From Okamejei kenojei (Eukaryota): a stretch of 64,000 nucleotides of DNA. Shown one piece after another: positions 35,681-48,680 of the stretch. Position numbers and translations under genes: made by a program. The stretch is taken from assembly GCA_035221665.1 (NCBI GenBank), contig CM069149.1, positions 31,682,001 through 31,746,000 of the forward strand. The letters are read 5' to 3'. How positions within the stretch are numbered: the first letter of the stretch is position 1; the number at the start of each line of letters is the position of its first letter. The notes under the pieces were generated by a model that worked only from the letters and a program-made list of their open reading frames with translations, was not told the DNA's origin and searched no databases.

Positions 35681-36384
35681 AGAGATAGATGGGGTAGATG
35701 CACAGAGTCTCTTGCCCAGAGTAGGTGAACCGAGGACCAGATGACATAGGTTTAAGTGAAGGGGAAAATATTTAATGGAATCTGAGGGAGTAACTTTTTC
35801 ACACCAAGAGTGGTGGGTGTATGGAACAAGCTGCCAGAGGAGGTAGTTGAGGCAGGGTCTATCGCAGCATTTAAGAAACAGAAGGTACATGGATAGGACA
35901 GGTTTGGAGGGATATGGGCCAAATGCAGGCAAGCGGGACTAGAGCAGTGGGACATGTTGGCCAGTATGGGTAAATTGGGCCGAAGGACCTGTTTCCATGC
36001 TATATTACTTTATGACCTCTTTCTTTAGTAAATGTGGTTTCCCTCCTGCTATCATAGATTAATTCCTCACCCGTGTCTCCTCTGTGTTTCGTGGCTAATT
36101 TCCAGAAGATCCCCACTGAGACATAACCATTAGTGCAAATCAAGTCTAGAACCAACCAGACAGGAACGAGACAAGTCCATCCAGTTTAAACAAATTATCC
36201 CTAAAATGGAATCCAGCATTGATGCAGTAAAAGGAAACTACATTCATTTTCTGGGAGTTTGCCACAGCATTCCACTTCCATAAGGAGGTCGTTCTGATGT
36301 GTGGATAAAGTATGCTTTGAGTAAAGTGATCAGGCCCAGGACCATTTTCATTGCTACTTGCGATTAATTCTCTGGCAAATAGAC

Positions 36385-36730
36385 ATAAGGAACTGCAGAT
36401 GCTGATATACAAAAAAAAAGTTACAAAATGCTGGAGTAACTCAGCCAGTCAGGCAGCATCTCTGGAGAACATGGATAGATGACATTTCAGGTCAGGACCC
36501 TTCTTCAGATTGATTGGAGTAGGGGGGAGAAAACTGGGTGGGGGGGAGGGTAATGGGAAAAGTGGGTGAGGAAAAAAGTGTGGGATGGGGAGAGGGTTGT
36601 TTGTAGGTTAGTTAACAAAAATTGAAGAATTCAATGTTTATACCATTGGGTTGTAAGCTACCCAAGGAGAAATATGAGGTGCTGTTCCTCCAGTTTGCAT
36701 GTGGCCTCACTCTGGCAATGGAGGAGGTAC
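36385..36730 (-). mobile_element. Penelope-like element 3' end with pLTR
   Basis: Homologous to 34060-34440 and 46279-46680. Confidence 0.75.
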
Positions 36731-38135
36731 CCTAATAATGATACCCCTTGGTACCTTGGTTCTCGAACACTAAAGTCAGATGTCATGGAGGGACAACATT
36801 ACCCTTGATATTACCCCACCATTCCTGGCCAAAGGATTATTGCAGAGGAATATTTGAGTTATATTAGGCAGACTGCATGACTACTGTCCATTCACCCCCG
36901 TGCTGTGAAAACCTCAACACACGTGAAGAGGGACAAGGAAAATAGAGGAGAAAGCAAGTTACATGGCAGTCATAGTGTTACATGGAACATGAACAAAGAA
37001 CAGTACAGCACAGGAGCAGGCCCTTCAGTGCACCAGGTATGTGCCAACCATGATGTCAACAGAAATTAATCCCATCTACCTACTCAAAATCTTTAATTAT
37101 TTTATTCCCTGCCTGTTCATGTGTCATTCCAATCCAGGCAAATCATGGTAAACCTCTTCTGCACCCTCTTCAAAGCCTTCTTGTAATGGACAAAATTCTC
37201 CAAATGCAACCTAACCAAAGTTTTATAAAGCTGAAAGGCAATCCTAACTTTTATGTTCAATGCCTCCATCAAGGACAATCATATCATCCACCTTCATTAC
37301 ATTGAGTGTCAAAAACAATTGTTGGACTCTGCTGAGGAAATGCTTGAACTGGGTGTCAACTGCATCAAAATTATGCAGAAGGATATCTGGAAAGATATGA
37401 GCTATGCACCTGCTGTAATCTTTTCTGGGTCTGGAATGTGTTGACCCATTAAGCTTAACATGTGTGGTGTAATGTAGCTCAGGTACACGTGTAGGCCAAG
37501 TGCCATGGAGCTGCATTAGCATATATTGAAGATGCCCGTTACAAGGATTCCAAAGCAAATGTGGGTTTGTGCCCATGAGAGAAAATAACCAAATATTACC
37601 CAAAGATATCAACGCAATACAATAGCAAAGTTGAAAATCAAATGCAAATACAGATAGTAGAAATCTGAGATGAAGGGGATAAAGAAGAATCAGTATAGCA
37701 AAGATTATTGCAACGCATAGTGAACATTCAGTGCAGAGTAATACTCATTATAACAAAAGACAAGTCAGCTGACTTTGAGGGATGGTTCTTAAAATATTAT
37801 GGAAACAAGAAATAGAAAGTGTGACTTTCAGTAAGAAAGTTGAATATTCTTGTTCAACTACAACTAGTTTTATAAGAGTGGCCATTACAGGGAAAGAGAG
37901 AGAAAGTTAAGTTGAGGAGACAGAAGGAGAAAAATAAATTATTTGTGGAAAAAACAATGAGAAGAAACATAATTACAACTTTGCCTAGATTCCAAGGCAG
38001 AAGATGGGATGTTCCTTAACCTTGCTTTGGGCGTCATTGTAACAGTTCAAGAGGCTATAGACTAATAGGTCAGAGTGGGAGTGGGATGGAGCACAGACAT
38101 GGTTGCCACTTCTTTCTGCTCAGGTTGATTCCTAA

Positions 38136-38835
38136 TGGGCCTGTCCCACTTAGGCGATTTTTCAGGCGACTGCCGGTGACTGCCTGAAAAAACGGCGACT
38201 GGAACGCCGACTGTCAGAGTGGAACACACACACACGCACATCACTTCCTTCACCAGCCCATTATGCAGGCTGTGGACGGGGCAAGCAGGGGGAGCGCTGT
38301 CTGAGTGAAATTCACACAGTGCAAAGCCAATGTAATACAGACACACCGCGATGAACAGGAAGGTTGGTGCTGTAATTAAGATGGTGAAAGCAGTGTACAG
38401 GGTCACGCAAGTCCTTTGAAAGGGGGGGGGGGGGGGAGAAAGGGGCAGAAGGAGTGGAGACAACTTTTAAGAAGCCAGAGATACACAGCTGTGAAGCTCG
38501 GCGGACATTAACATTACCGGTTCTTTATCATTGGTTCTGAAAACTACTGATTACGTTAATTTTTTCCAATGAGCCAATGAAATGCATCGGTCAGCACCGG
38601 CTACAACCTAGGAGAACCTTCGACCTCCTGGCGACCCACCTACGGCACGAGAAATCTCACTACTCTCCATGGCCGCTTCATTCTGGTCTTCTAATTTTTC
38701 AACATGTTAAAAAAATTGCAGCGACCATAATGAGGCCGCGACTAGTTCCCAGAATGTGGGAACTCTTCACCACCATTAAGGCGACTACCCGGCAACCACC
38801 CACTCTCCTGCAGTCGCCTAAGTGGGACAAGCCCA
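38136..38835. mobile_element. PIF/Harbinger-type MITE (700 bp)
   Basis: TIR tgggcctgtcccacttaggcga / tcgcctaagtgggacaagccca (1 mismatch); TAA TSD at 38133-38135 and 38836-38838; no transposase ORF. Confidence 0.88.
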
Positions 38836-38958
38836 TAATTCTGTGCAGTTGATGAAAAATGTAAAAAAACTGCAAATAATCTATAGTTTGATTTTAACTG
38901 TTTCACTTTCTACAGATACTGCCTGACCTGCTATTTCCCACCATTTTATTTTTGTTAT

Positions 38959-39094
38959 GGGGTGGGAGATTGCAACCTTCACATGGTCCACCCTGTGTCA
39001 ACTAATGCAATCAACCTGGCATGCACAAAAAGATCAAACAGAACAAGTTAGTTGTCTTTCAACTTTAGCTGTGCACGCCATACACAAGAAGATG
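38959..39094 (+). mobile_element. short non-autonomous retroelement headed by an HDV-like ribozyme fold (copy 2)
   Basis: TSD atttttgttat (38948-38958 / 39095-39105); same family as 32793 and 54802. Confidence 0.85.
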
Positions 39095-41884
39095 ATTTTT
39101 GTTATGTGCATTTAGTTTGGAAAGAGATATATATTAACCTCTTTCCCTCCAGTCTTCTTCTGAAGCCATGACAAAGGATAAGGCTCTGAAAACACCAGCA
39201 ACTTGCTGGTACCTCCCTGTGACAGAAATGTATTGCCTGGCAGGTGTTGATTTCTTAAGATTTACTAGTCCTATTATTGGTAACAATTCACACGGGGAAT
39301 AATTATGGTTTTCTGAGTTGGTTGTCTGTATTGCACAGAAAATAAACATTACATTATCAAAGAGAGGCCAATTAATGTGATGTGGACAAATAGCTGTAAT
39401 AAAATATGGGTATTGTCCAGGCTAAGTGAGGGACAAGGATCATTTGTTGAGGGGAAGCTCAATAGCGTTAATTATTTAATATTGTGATACTCCCCCTTTA
39501 GGCACTTGCACTTCATCAGAAAATTAGGTGCCAGAAGAGCATATTTATTCTCATGGTATGAGAACTATTGGCCAGACCAGCATTTGTTGCTCATCCCTAC
39601 TTGCCATGAGAAGGTGGCAGTGGGCTTTCAGCTTTAGCTGCTGACAGCTGAGTGGTTTGCTAAGTTTCAGGCAGCCATTAAGAACAACATAGGATTGGAG
39701 TCTTAAACATACCTGACAGGTAAACAGCAAGTTTCTTTCCTTCCTTCCTGTGGGGATGTTTGTGGACCAGATGACATTCAATTGCCAATTTTACTATTTA
39801 TTTCCATACTATTTAAAAACTGAATTCAAGTTGTCCAGCATGCACCATGTGTCCATGTTCTCTGGAGTCTCCGATACTGGTCCTGCAACATGACCATTAT
39901 GTTTCAATGATCCTCTGGAACAGATGGGCAGGATGAGTCAGTGGTGGTTAAATGTAATGGGGCAAGTAAGGCCAAGTTAGTAAAGTTCTGAGGAATTGTG
40001 GCTGATGTGGCCAATAGGAGTTTGAAAAATTGCTCGAGATTAAAAGTGAACGTGAATCTCCAGGCCTACTGGATAATGTGGATTGAATACAAGACACAGG
40101 ATTGCAGTTGATTGATTGAGGAAATCTGATTCTTTCTCTTCACCCTTCTTTTCACAATAATTGAGTCCGTGATCAATTAACCTGAATGGCGGTCACACCC
40201 AGGCATTGAGGAAAAGCTGAGACAGAACTTAAAGCAAGGACTGTTTTAACCCTAATAATCCAAGTCTCCCAAAGACATTTAGTATTTAAATAAATAAAAG
40301 TTTGAGATAATAAATGGGCAAAGAGTGTGTGCCAACTATTCAGTGAGTAAGCACATTCAGTGCAGCACTCCAGACTTTCAGTCACTTCCCTGCCCAATCC
40401 AGGCCAAATCAGTTAACCTCATCTCAAGTAACAAGCGAAACACTAGAACAGACTCTAACCTCTAAACTTTTAATTGGCTGGTAAGGGAAAAATAAACCAA
40501 GCAGTGATGAGAACCTGAGGCTCTTCTGCAAGGAGGTATTGAGTAATAGAAGTACAGACTTGGCCTGGATACTTGGATGAACCACCACACAGCCTCGACT
40601 CACAGACAGAGCAGTCAGTTGTGTAAATAGATCCTGGTATTTGTGCTCCCATTTTCTAGGAATGCCCACTTCTTCAGTACAAAAGAGGTGTAGAAGGGAA
40701 ACTGAATGCTTCTTTATACATATTTGCAGGGGTTCTTCCAACCATATTAGATTACCTTCCCCAGCACATTCAGATTTTGCAATCAAATAGGTCTTCAGTT
40801 TCCAAGCTAACAGACAGAATGATCAAGACAACAAAACATATTTCAGCATTTATTGCTACAGAAGAGTCATTTGCTGCACTTTCATCACTTTCCAGTGGCA
40901 GTAGGTGTCTTAGGCAAGAGTCCACTAATCTGTTACACTCACATTTGGTTATAGGCCAGTTATAAACTGCCATGATTCTCAGGCTGATGTGGAGCACATT
41001 GAACTATTCCAGATAGTTATGCTTTCGATGGTTGTCTTGCTGCCTGCTGTTGTATCAGTTCAAAAGACTACAGCAGAGCTCACGGTGCTCTCCGAGCATA
41101 TTAAAGCCATCACTTTCACACTCTTGTAAACATAGTGAACATGGAAACATGGCGTTCACTCAAAAAACAAACTAGTGTCTCATTGAAGAAACAGAAAATG
41201 GGAAAGGAGGCGGGGGGGGGAGGGGGCTGGTAAAAGGATAAGTGAGATTCATGCTGCTTCCCCACTGCCACACTACAAACAGGCCCTACGGTATTAATGT
41301 GAGGGTTGTTGTTGCCGTGGTGTTGTTAATGAGTGCTCCCTCACTCAACATTCTTTCTCACATTCCATCCCCAATTAGCACTGGGTAGCTACTGCTGTGG
41401 CAGTGACCGAGACCCTTTCTTTAATCCCAATCACCAAGCCTTCATTTTAAACTGGGGAGAGGGGGACGATAGTCTAGTTCCGGGGTTGCCATTAACCTTC
41501 CAGTGCTTTGCCCCAGAGGGAATACGAGCTGTGAATACTGTTGACCTATTCCACCACAGCTGGATATCATCCCAATATTAACCGCATCTGGTTCATAGAT
41601 TAGCAATCGAATCTCTGGAAGATTTGAGGTCCCACTCCAGCAGCTCTTAATGGTAGCACACAGACCGAGGTTGTTCTAGAATGACAGATCAGGAATTGAA
41701 CCTGACACCTTCCTGTTTTTGTAATTTAATATTCCCATCCAACTGGACCAGAAAGGACATTGGTAATTTCTTAGATTTTCTCCTTTCATCCTAACTTTTC
41801 AACTTTGAGACTGAGATGAACAACATTCCCTACAGTAGATGAGAGAGGGAAATAGAGGAAGGAAGGTGACAAAATTAAATTTGA

Positions 41885-42105
41885 GCACAAAGCAAACTGC
41901 TAGAGGAACTCATCAGGTCATGCAGCATGTGTGGAGGGAATGGACAGACGACATTTCGGGTCGGGACCCTTCAGCCTGAATCCGAAGAAGGCTTCCAACC
42001 TGAAACGTCATCTGTTAATTCACTTCGCTGATGCTGTCTGACCTGATGGGTTCTTCCAGCAGTTGTTTTTTTGCTAAGGATTCCAGCATCTGCAGTTCCT
42101 TGTAG
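41885..42105. mobile_element. inverted pair of older Penelope pLTR units just downstream of the MRPS33 stop codon
   Basis: aaactgctagaggaactcatcaggtca...gacatttcgggtcgggacccttc / gaagaaggcttccaacctgaaacgtc...gacctgatgggttcttccagcagtt. Confidence 0.65.
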
Positions 42106-42218
42106 CTCCAAAATAAAACGTGTCATATTTTACAACAAAAAGGGAGTGTGCAGCGAGGGATATGGGCAGATGTGGCTGATGAAAGGGGGTGAGCTGGTGG
42201 TACGACCAGGCGTGGCCA

Positions 42219-42324
42219 CTATTTCTTCTTCATGGCTCGCTTCCCTTCTCCTTTCTTCGGCTTCCCTTTGCCTCGCAACTTCCTGAGCCGCTTCATTTCA
42301 TCTTTGAAATCCTCGTGCTCATCC
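42219..42324 (-). CDS. MRPS33: mitochondrial ribosomal protein S33, last coding exon
   Basis: (R)[34 protein letters not shown]; acceptor ttttgtctctgcag; phase matches the previous exon (AG|G); TAG at 42221-42219. Confidence 0.96.
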
Positions 42325-45198
42325 CTGCAGAGACAAAAAGACCAGACATAGTCAGAGCCTGTCTGGGAACTGCAATAGATTATTCAAATCTCACACTGCA
42401 ATCCTGTGTTGCTGGACTCCTGGTCAGAACTGCAGGCTCAATCCTCAATCACATTGGATTTAGTAACTGTTAATGTATTTTAACCTCTGACTCTTCTGAA
42501 CTCCAATGAGTATGGGCGCAAGCTCCTCATCCATTCTACATCCTTCACCCCAGGAATCAATTTAGTGAATCGTCTCAACCCTGCAACGTTAATACAACGT
42601 TATCCTTCATTGAATGTGGAAACCAAAACTCTATCCAGTACCCCAGGTGCACTCTCACCTGCAGCCTGTAGATTGGCATCATAACTTCTCTGGTTTAATA
42701 TTCTCCTTACAATAAATGTAATTTCACAATTAATTGTTCAGGCGGCATGCCAAACCTTTGTACTTTATGTACTAGAACCACAGATCTCTTGAAGTACAAC
42801 ATTTGGTCGTTAGATTACACTTAATAGTACTTTGCCTTTTCATTCTTCCAACTTCAACCGATGCACTCACTTAGAAAGTATCGAGAGTGCTGAATATAGT
42901 GCAGTCCATCACACACACACACATTTCATGCTGCCCTAGGAAAGCAGCCAATATAATCAAGGATAATTTACACCCCAATTATTCTCTTTACTCTCCTATC
43001 CCAACAGGCAGAGGATACAAGAGCTTGAAAACATTTACCACCATCACTTCCTGCTTCCTTCCTTGAAGCCAATTCTCTATCCAGTCAGCTAGCTCTCCCT
43101 GGATTCCATGCAGTCTAACCTTCCTGAGGAGCTGGCCATGCTGAACATTATAAAATGCATTGCAGAGGTCCATGTAGACAATATCTATGGTTTTGCCCAC
43201 ATCAACCTTTTTGGTTACTTATTTGAGAAACTCAATCATATTTGTAAAATGATCTCCCATATATAAAATCATGCCTAATATCCTTAATCGACCCTTGTCT
43301 ATCCAAATGCTTATATATCTTATATCCCTCTGAATCCTCCCCTGTAACTTGCCTACTAAAGAGGTAGGCTCATTGGTCTATAGTTCCCAGGCCTTTCCTT
43401 GCAGCCCTTCTTAAATAGAGGCACAACATTAGCCATACTGGGCATAATGATGATTCATATATCTCAGCAAGAACTCCTACAATTTCTTCTTTAGCTTCCC
43501 GTAGAGTCCTTGGATATATCTGATCATGCCACTTTCATACGCCTTAGGACACACATTACCTCCTCAACCATAATAGAGACCAGTCCACAAGACATTTCCC
43601 GTAACTATCCCAAGTTCCCCATCTCTTTCTGTATGGAAATAAACAGATCCGAAACATTAAGTGCTCTTTCTCTGTCTCCACTGATGCTAGCCGATCTATT
43701 GAGTATTTCCAGCATTTTTTTAAATTTCAGTAGGTCAAGCAGCATTTGTGGAGGCAAAAGCTGGAAGTGAACATTTTGAGTCAAGACTCGGCATCAGAAT
43801 TGAGAGGGAACAGGAAAGATTACTGTTATAGACAATAGACAATAGGTGCAGGAGTAGGGCATTCGGCCCTTCGAGCCAGCACCGCCATTCAATGTGATCA
43901 TGGCTGATCATCCCAATCAGTACCCCGTTCCTGCCTTCAGCCCATATCCCCTGACTCCGCTATTTTTAAAGAGTCCTATCTAGCTCTCTCTTGAAAGCAT
44001 CCCAAGAACCTGCCTCCACCACCTTCCGAGGCAGAGATGTAAGAGTATATAGGGAATTGGGATATAGAGTGGTGGGTGATAGGCAGAACCAAATGGGGGG
44101 AAAGAATATTGGATAGACAAAAGCTGGGGAGTGGATGGGAGGAATAAAAATTAGGTGGAGAGATGAGCACGTGTGATAAGACAGCACCAGAGAGTGGGTT
44201 AGTTGAAATTTGAAAATTCAATGTTCATAAATATTTTATTTTAGCGGCCTGCATTAGTTTTAGTCTCTCTCTGCAAAGTGGAATAAGCAAAATTAATTGA
44301 CTTTGCAAAACACCACAAGGAACTTTGCAGCAATGTGAAAATCAGTTAAATGTATTCTGTCAGAAGGTATGCTAAGCAGGTTCATTAAAGGTGGTAAAAT
44401 GAGGCTCCCACAAATACAGTAATTCCCTTTAGCAAAATGATTAAAGCACCTTAATGATCCATGGTAAAGAAGGTATATGGGATCCTTGCCTTAAATTATG
44501 GCGCATTGACTATGAGATTGAGGAAGTCAAGATACAGGTTGAAAGGACTTTGGTTAGGCTGTGTCTGGAGTATTGCTTGCAGTCCTAGTGGCACCAGAAG
44601 AGCAAGGATGTGGAGGCTTTGGAAAGGGTGCAGAGGAGGTTGTGCAGAATGATGCCTGTATTAAAGGGTTTTAGTTAGGAGCAGTTTGACAAGTTGGAAA
44701 GTTTTCTCAGGAGGCACGAGATAGAGTGAGTCTGAAAATCCACTACCACCCTCTGCCTCCTACCACAAAGTAACCCATGTGCCTCAGACCAGTCTACCAT
44801 GTGGGACCTTATTAAAGGCTCTGGTGAAGTCCATGTAGACAATATCCACTGTCTTGCCCTCATCAGCACACTTGGTTATCTCAAAAACATCAATCAGATT
44901 TGTGAGACATGGTCTCCCACCAGCAAAAACAAAAGGGAAGAAACAGCAAGAAAGACAATCTGCATAAGACCAGGAGCCATCTTCTCCGTGATGGACTTGA
45001 AAAGATCTAAGCTGCAGCTTGGACTTAGCTTGAGCTCAGAAGTGGAAGGAGGGTGTGCTAAACCTCTATACCTATTACTGCTCAATTCTTGCCTAATTTC
45101 ACACATGGACCTGCTTCACAGTGATTCTGACACCATCTTGAATAGTGATCACCTGGAAAGCCAGGCAACATGCGACAAGAGAGAAATGAGCACTTTAC

Positions 45199-45413
45199 CT
45201 GTACAAGCCGAGGAATCGCAGCCTCTGCATCAGAGCGTAGTAGAGGTTATGTTGTGGGTACCAGTCGTAGACGTCTTTCCGCAGTGCCAGCGGCTGCTCG
45301 CTGAACAGCTTCACCACCTTCATCGACCGTTCATCGGTAGGCCGTGCAACCTCCTGAAATATTTGTGCACTGAGGCGTATCATGCGCCGCCCGTAATTAG
45401 ACAGCGATGACAT
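45199..45413 (-). CDS. MRPS33: mitochondrial ribosomal protein S33, first coding exon (exon acceptor at 45438/45437)
   Basis: [72 protein letters not shown]; donor AG|gtaaag. The spliced protein is 106 aa, and MRPS33 is the known neighbour of BRAF in vertebrates. Confidence 0.96.
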
Positions 45414-45566
45414 CACAGCGTCTCAGGGAGATACTCCCTGCAATGCAGAACATCATGGTAAAGTGCCGACATTGGGAGCACGCTTCAGTATCGACCAACA
45501 TCTCGAAACAAAACAACCTAGAAAAGCTCTCCTTTCCATTTTCAAGAATCTTCCTATCATCTAGGT

Positions 45567-45922
45567 CAGGGGTGGGGAACCTGCGGCCTTGTAGGCCATT
45601 AAGTGCGGCCTTTTGAATGAATCCAAAATTTTGTAGAACAAATCCTTTTATTTTTATTAATATGTTTTCGTTCGTCTTTTATTATTTTTATTTTAATCTT
45701 AAAATGAACGTATTTAAAATACCAAAGAGTAAAAGAAGATTCAACAAAATAATCCTCCCCGACTGACGGCCGCAATTAAAACATTAGTAAGTTCATGAGG
45801 GCTATTTTAACAAAATAATGTACATTTTGCAGTATATCTACTTGAAGTTTCTTGGATGTAGCCTTGTTGGATTACAGCTAACTTAATGCGGCATTCCAAC
45901 ATGAAAAGGTTCCCCACCTCTG
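45567..45922. mobile_element. hAT (Charlie-type) MITE
   Basis: TIR caggggtggggaacct / aggttccccacctctg; 8-bp flanks atctaggt / atctatgg resembling the NTCTAGAN target. Confidence 0.8.
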
Positions 45923-46278
45923 ATCTATGGTATCCATCAATAGGGCACCTTACTAATAATACAGTACTCATCAAATATCTCTTAAGTACATTATCTGTGG
46001 TTTACAGTGACAGGCATGCCATCTGTATTGTGTCCGAATGTTGTGGTGATAGTTATGTTCCCAGTATTACAAAGTCACAGTCCCCAAATTATATGGTCAC
46101 ACTCCTGTCCTCCTGCTCTCACTAGTAGCAGACCCATTAGAGTGACAGACCCTCTTCACAGTACATTAATGCAGGCAGTGAGATTTTAGTGGCAGATCTG
46201 TCTTCTCTAGTTATCCAACTAGTGGTATACCATGATTGATGTGCCCACTAATACTGCACCTGCAACAGTGACAGACCA

Positions 46279-47175
46279 TAGACACAAAAAGCTGGAGTAA
46301 ATCAGCGGGACAGGCAGCATCTCTGGAGAGAAGGAATGGGTGACGTTTTGGGTCGCGACCCTTCTTAAGACTGGTTAGGGATAAGGGAAACAAAGAGATT
46401 TAGACAGTGATGTGGAGAGATAAAGAACAATGAATGAAAGATGCAAAAAAGTAAAGATGATAAAAGAAATAAGCCATTGTTCACTGTTTGTAGGGTGAAA
46501 ATGAGAAGCTAGTGTGACTTGAGTGGGGGAGGATAGAGAAAGAGGGAATGCCGGGTCTACCTGAAGTGAGAGAAATCAATATTCATACCACTGGGCTGTA
46601 AGCTGCCCAAGCGAAATATGAGATGCTGTTCCTCCAATTTGCGTTTTAGCCTCACTCTGATAATGGAGGAGACTGAGGACAGAAAGGTCTCTGTAGTAAT
46701 GGGAAGGCGAATTAAAGTGTCCAGCAACTGGGAGATCAGGTTGGTTCAGGCGGGCTGAGCAAAGATGTTCTGCGAAACGATCTTCGTCTGCGATTCGTGT
46801 CGCCGATATATAAGGGTCCACATCTTGTACAACAGGTACAGTAGATGAGGTTGGAGGAGGTGCAAGTGAATCTCTGCCTAACCTGAAAGGACTGTCGGGG
46901 TCCCTGGACAGAGTCGAGGGAGGAGGTATAGCGACAGGTGTTGCATTTTCTGTGGTTGCAGGGGAAGGTACCAGGGGAGGGGTGGTTTGAGTGAGAAGGG
47001 ATGAGTGAACCATGGCGTTGCGGAGGGAACGGTCTCTACGGAGGCGGAAGGGGTGCGATGGGAAAATGTGGCTGATGGTGGGATCCCGTTGGAGGTGGCG
47101 GACATTTTGGAGAATTATGTGTTGGAGGCGACGGCTGATGGGGTGGAGGGTAAGGACTAGGGGCACTCGGTCTCT
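46279..47175 (-). mobile_element. Penelope-like element 3' end (thumb/linker, GIY-YIG, pLTR)
   Basis: PLVLTLHPISRRLQHIILQNVRHLQRDP..RRDRSLRN..DRFAEHLCSARLNQPDLPVAGHFNSPSH; pLTR with hammerhead-like head at ~46340-46375. Confidence 0.9.
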
Positions 47176-47398
47176 GTTGTGACTAGCACTGGATCCCAGT
47201 GTAACACAGCCTCACCTACCCCAGCACTGGATGTTAGGGTAACAAAGCCTAATTTACCTTGACAATGGATCCCAGAGTAACAAGTGCCCACCTGCCCAGG
47301 CATCCCAGTGTCACACAGCCTCATCTGCCCCAACACTGGATACCAGAGTAACAGCGTCACCTGCTGTGCCACTGGACCCCAGTGTAACATAGCACCTG

Positions 47399-48134
47399 CT
47401 GCCCCAGGACAGGGTCCCAGCGTCACAGACCCCCGCCTGCCCCAGGACAGGGTCCCAGTGTCACAGACCCCCGCCTGCCCCAGGACAGGGTCCCAGTGTC
47501 AGACCCCCGCCTGCCCCAGGACAGGGTCCCAGTGTCAGACCCCCGCCTGCCCCAGGACAGGGTCCCAGTGTCAGACCCCCGCCTGCCCCAGGACAGGGTC
47601 CCAGTGTCAGACCCCCGCCTGCCCCAGGACAGGGTCCCAGTGTCACAGACCCCCGCCTGCCCCAGGACAGGGTCCCAGTGTCAGACCCCCGCCTGCCCCA
47701 GGACAGGGTCCCAGTGTCAGACCCCCGCCTGCCCCAGGACAGGGTCCCAGTGTCAGACCCCCGCCTGCCCCAGGACAGGGTCCCAGTGTCAGACCCCCGC
47801 CTGCCCCAGGACAGGGTCCCAGTGTCAGACCCCCGCCTGCCCCAGGACAGGGTCCCAGTGTCAGACCCCCGCCTGCCCCAGGACAGGGTCCCAGTGTCAG
47901 ACCCCCGCCTGCCCCAGGACAGGTCCCACAGGACAGGGTCCCAGTGTCAGACCCCCGCCTGCCCCAGGACAGGGTCCCAGTGTCAGACCCCCGCCTGCTC
48001 CAGGACTCACAGACCCCCGCCTGCCCCAGGACAGGGTCCCAGTGTCAGACCCCCGCCTGCCCCAGGACAGGGTCCCAGTGTCAGACCCCCGCCTGCCCCA
48101 GGACAGGGTCCCAGTGTCAGACCCCCGCCTGCCC
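47399..48134. repeat. 36-bp GC-rich minisatellite (ctgccccaggacagggtcccagtgtcagacccccgc), ~20 copies
   Basis: Near-perfect units, some 38-bp variants (gtcacagac) and two partial units; degenerate related units continue to ~47180. Confidence 0.95.
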
Positions 48135-48155
48135 ACCACACACTCAGCCTCTCAC

Positions 48156-48215
48156 CTTGTCCTCCGCTCTTGTGCCTTCCGCCAGTAACTTCCGCCGGCA
48201 GTCGGTCCGTCGCTG
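48156..48215 (-). other. MRPS33: probable non-coding first exon (5'UTR) of MRPS33
   Basis: CpG-rich; donor AAG|gtgaga at 48156/48155; ETS/GABP-type GCGGAAGT motif. The 5' boundary is approximate. Confidence 0.65.
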
Positions 48216-48680
48216 TGTTTACCCGGCCGGGCCCGGCTGCCCCTCCGGCCGGTGGGAGGAGGACGGGGCCCGGGTGGGGGAGGGAGACGGAGCCCGGGTC
48301 ACGGTGCCTGGGGGGGTTGGGGAGCCCGGGTCACGGGCCCCGGAAGAGGGGTCTCGACCTATTATTTTTCTCCGGCGATGCTGCCAGACCCGCTGAGGTA
48401 CTCCCAGTATTTTGCGTCTGTCTCCAGCAGAAACCAGCACCTGCAGATCCTTCCTACACCATTTCGACGTCGAGGTGATAACCGCTGCCCGCTGTGTTTT
48501 CAGGCAGTGGTTGCATGTCATTGCATCCCAAGCGGACAGACCCGGGTTCGGCCCGTGTGCCGACCTTGCGGTTGCCCGCTCTGTGGGGCAAGGGGCCTGG
48601 GACACCTGCCCATCGGGTCCGGGATCCCACTCTGCAGCACGGAGAGCGGCGATGACTGGTTGTAAACTCGACGCTTCAAC
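48170..48680 (-). promoter_or_regulatory. MRPS33 CpG-island promoter region
   Basis: High CpG density, ETS motifs (acttccgcc, ccttccgcc); contains a pLTR copy at ~48340-48455. Confidence 0.6.

Noticed and set aside
44799-45410. 203-aa plus-strand ORF
   Set aside because: Antisense to the MRPS33 coding exon and begins in a CR1 remnant.
47399-48134. CRISPR-like array of 36-bp repeats
   Set aside because: Units are directly adjacent with no unique spacers; eukaryotic context and no cas genes.
47284-48478. Long ORFs (370, 230 and 266 aa) with 12-aa repeats
   Set aside because: Artefacts of the 36-bp minisatellite being open in all frames; intronic to MRPS33 on the opposite strand.
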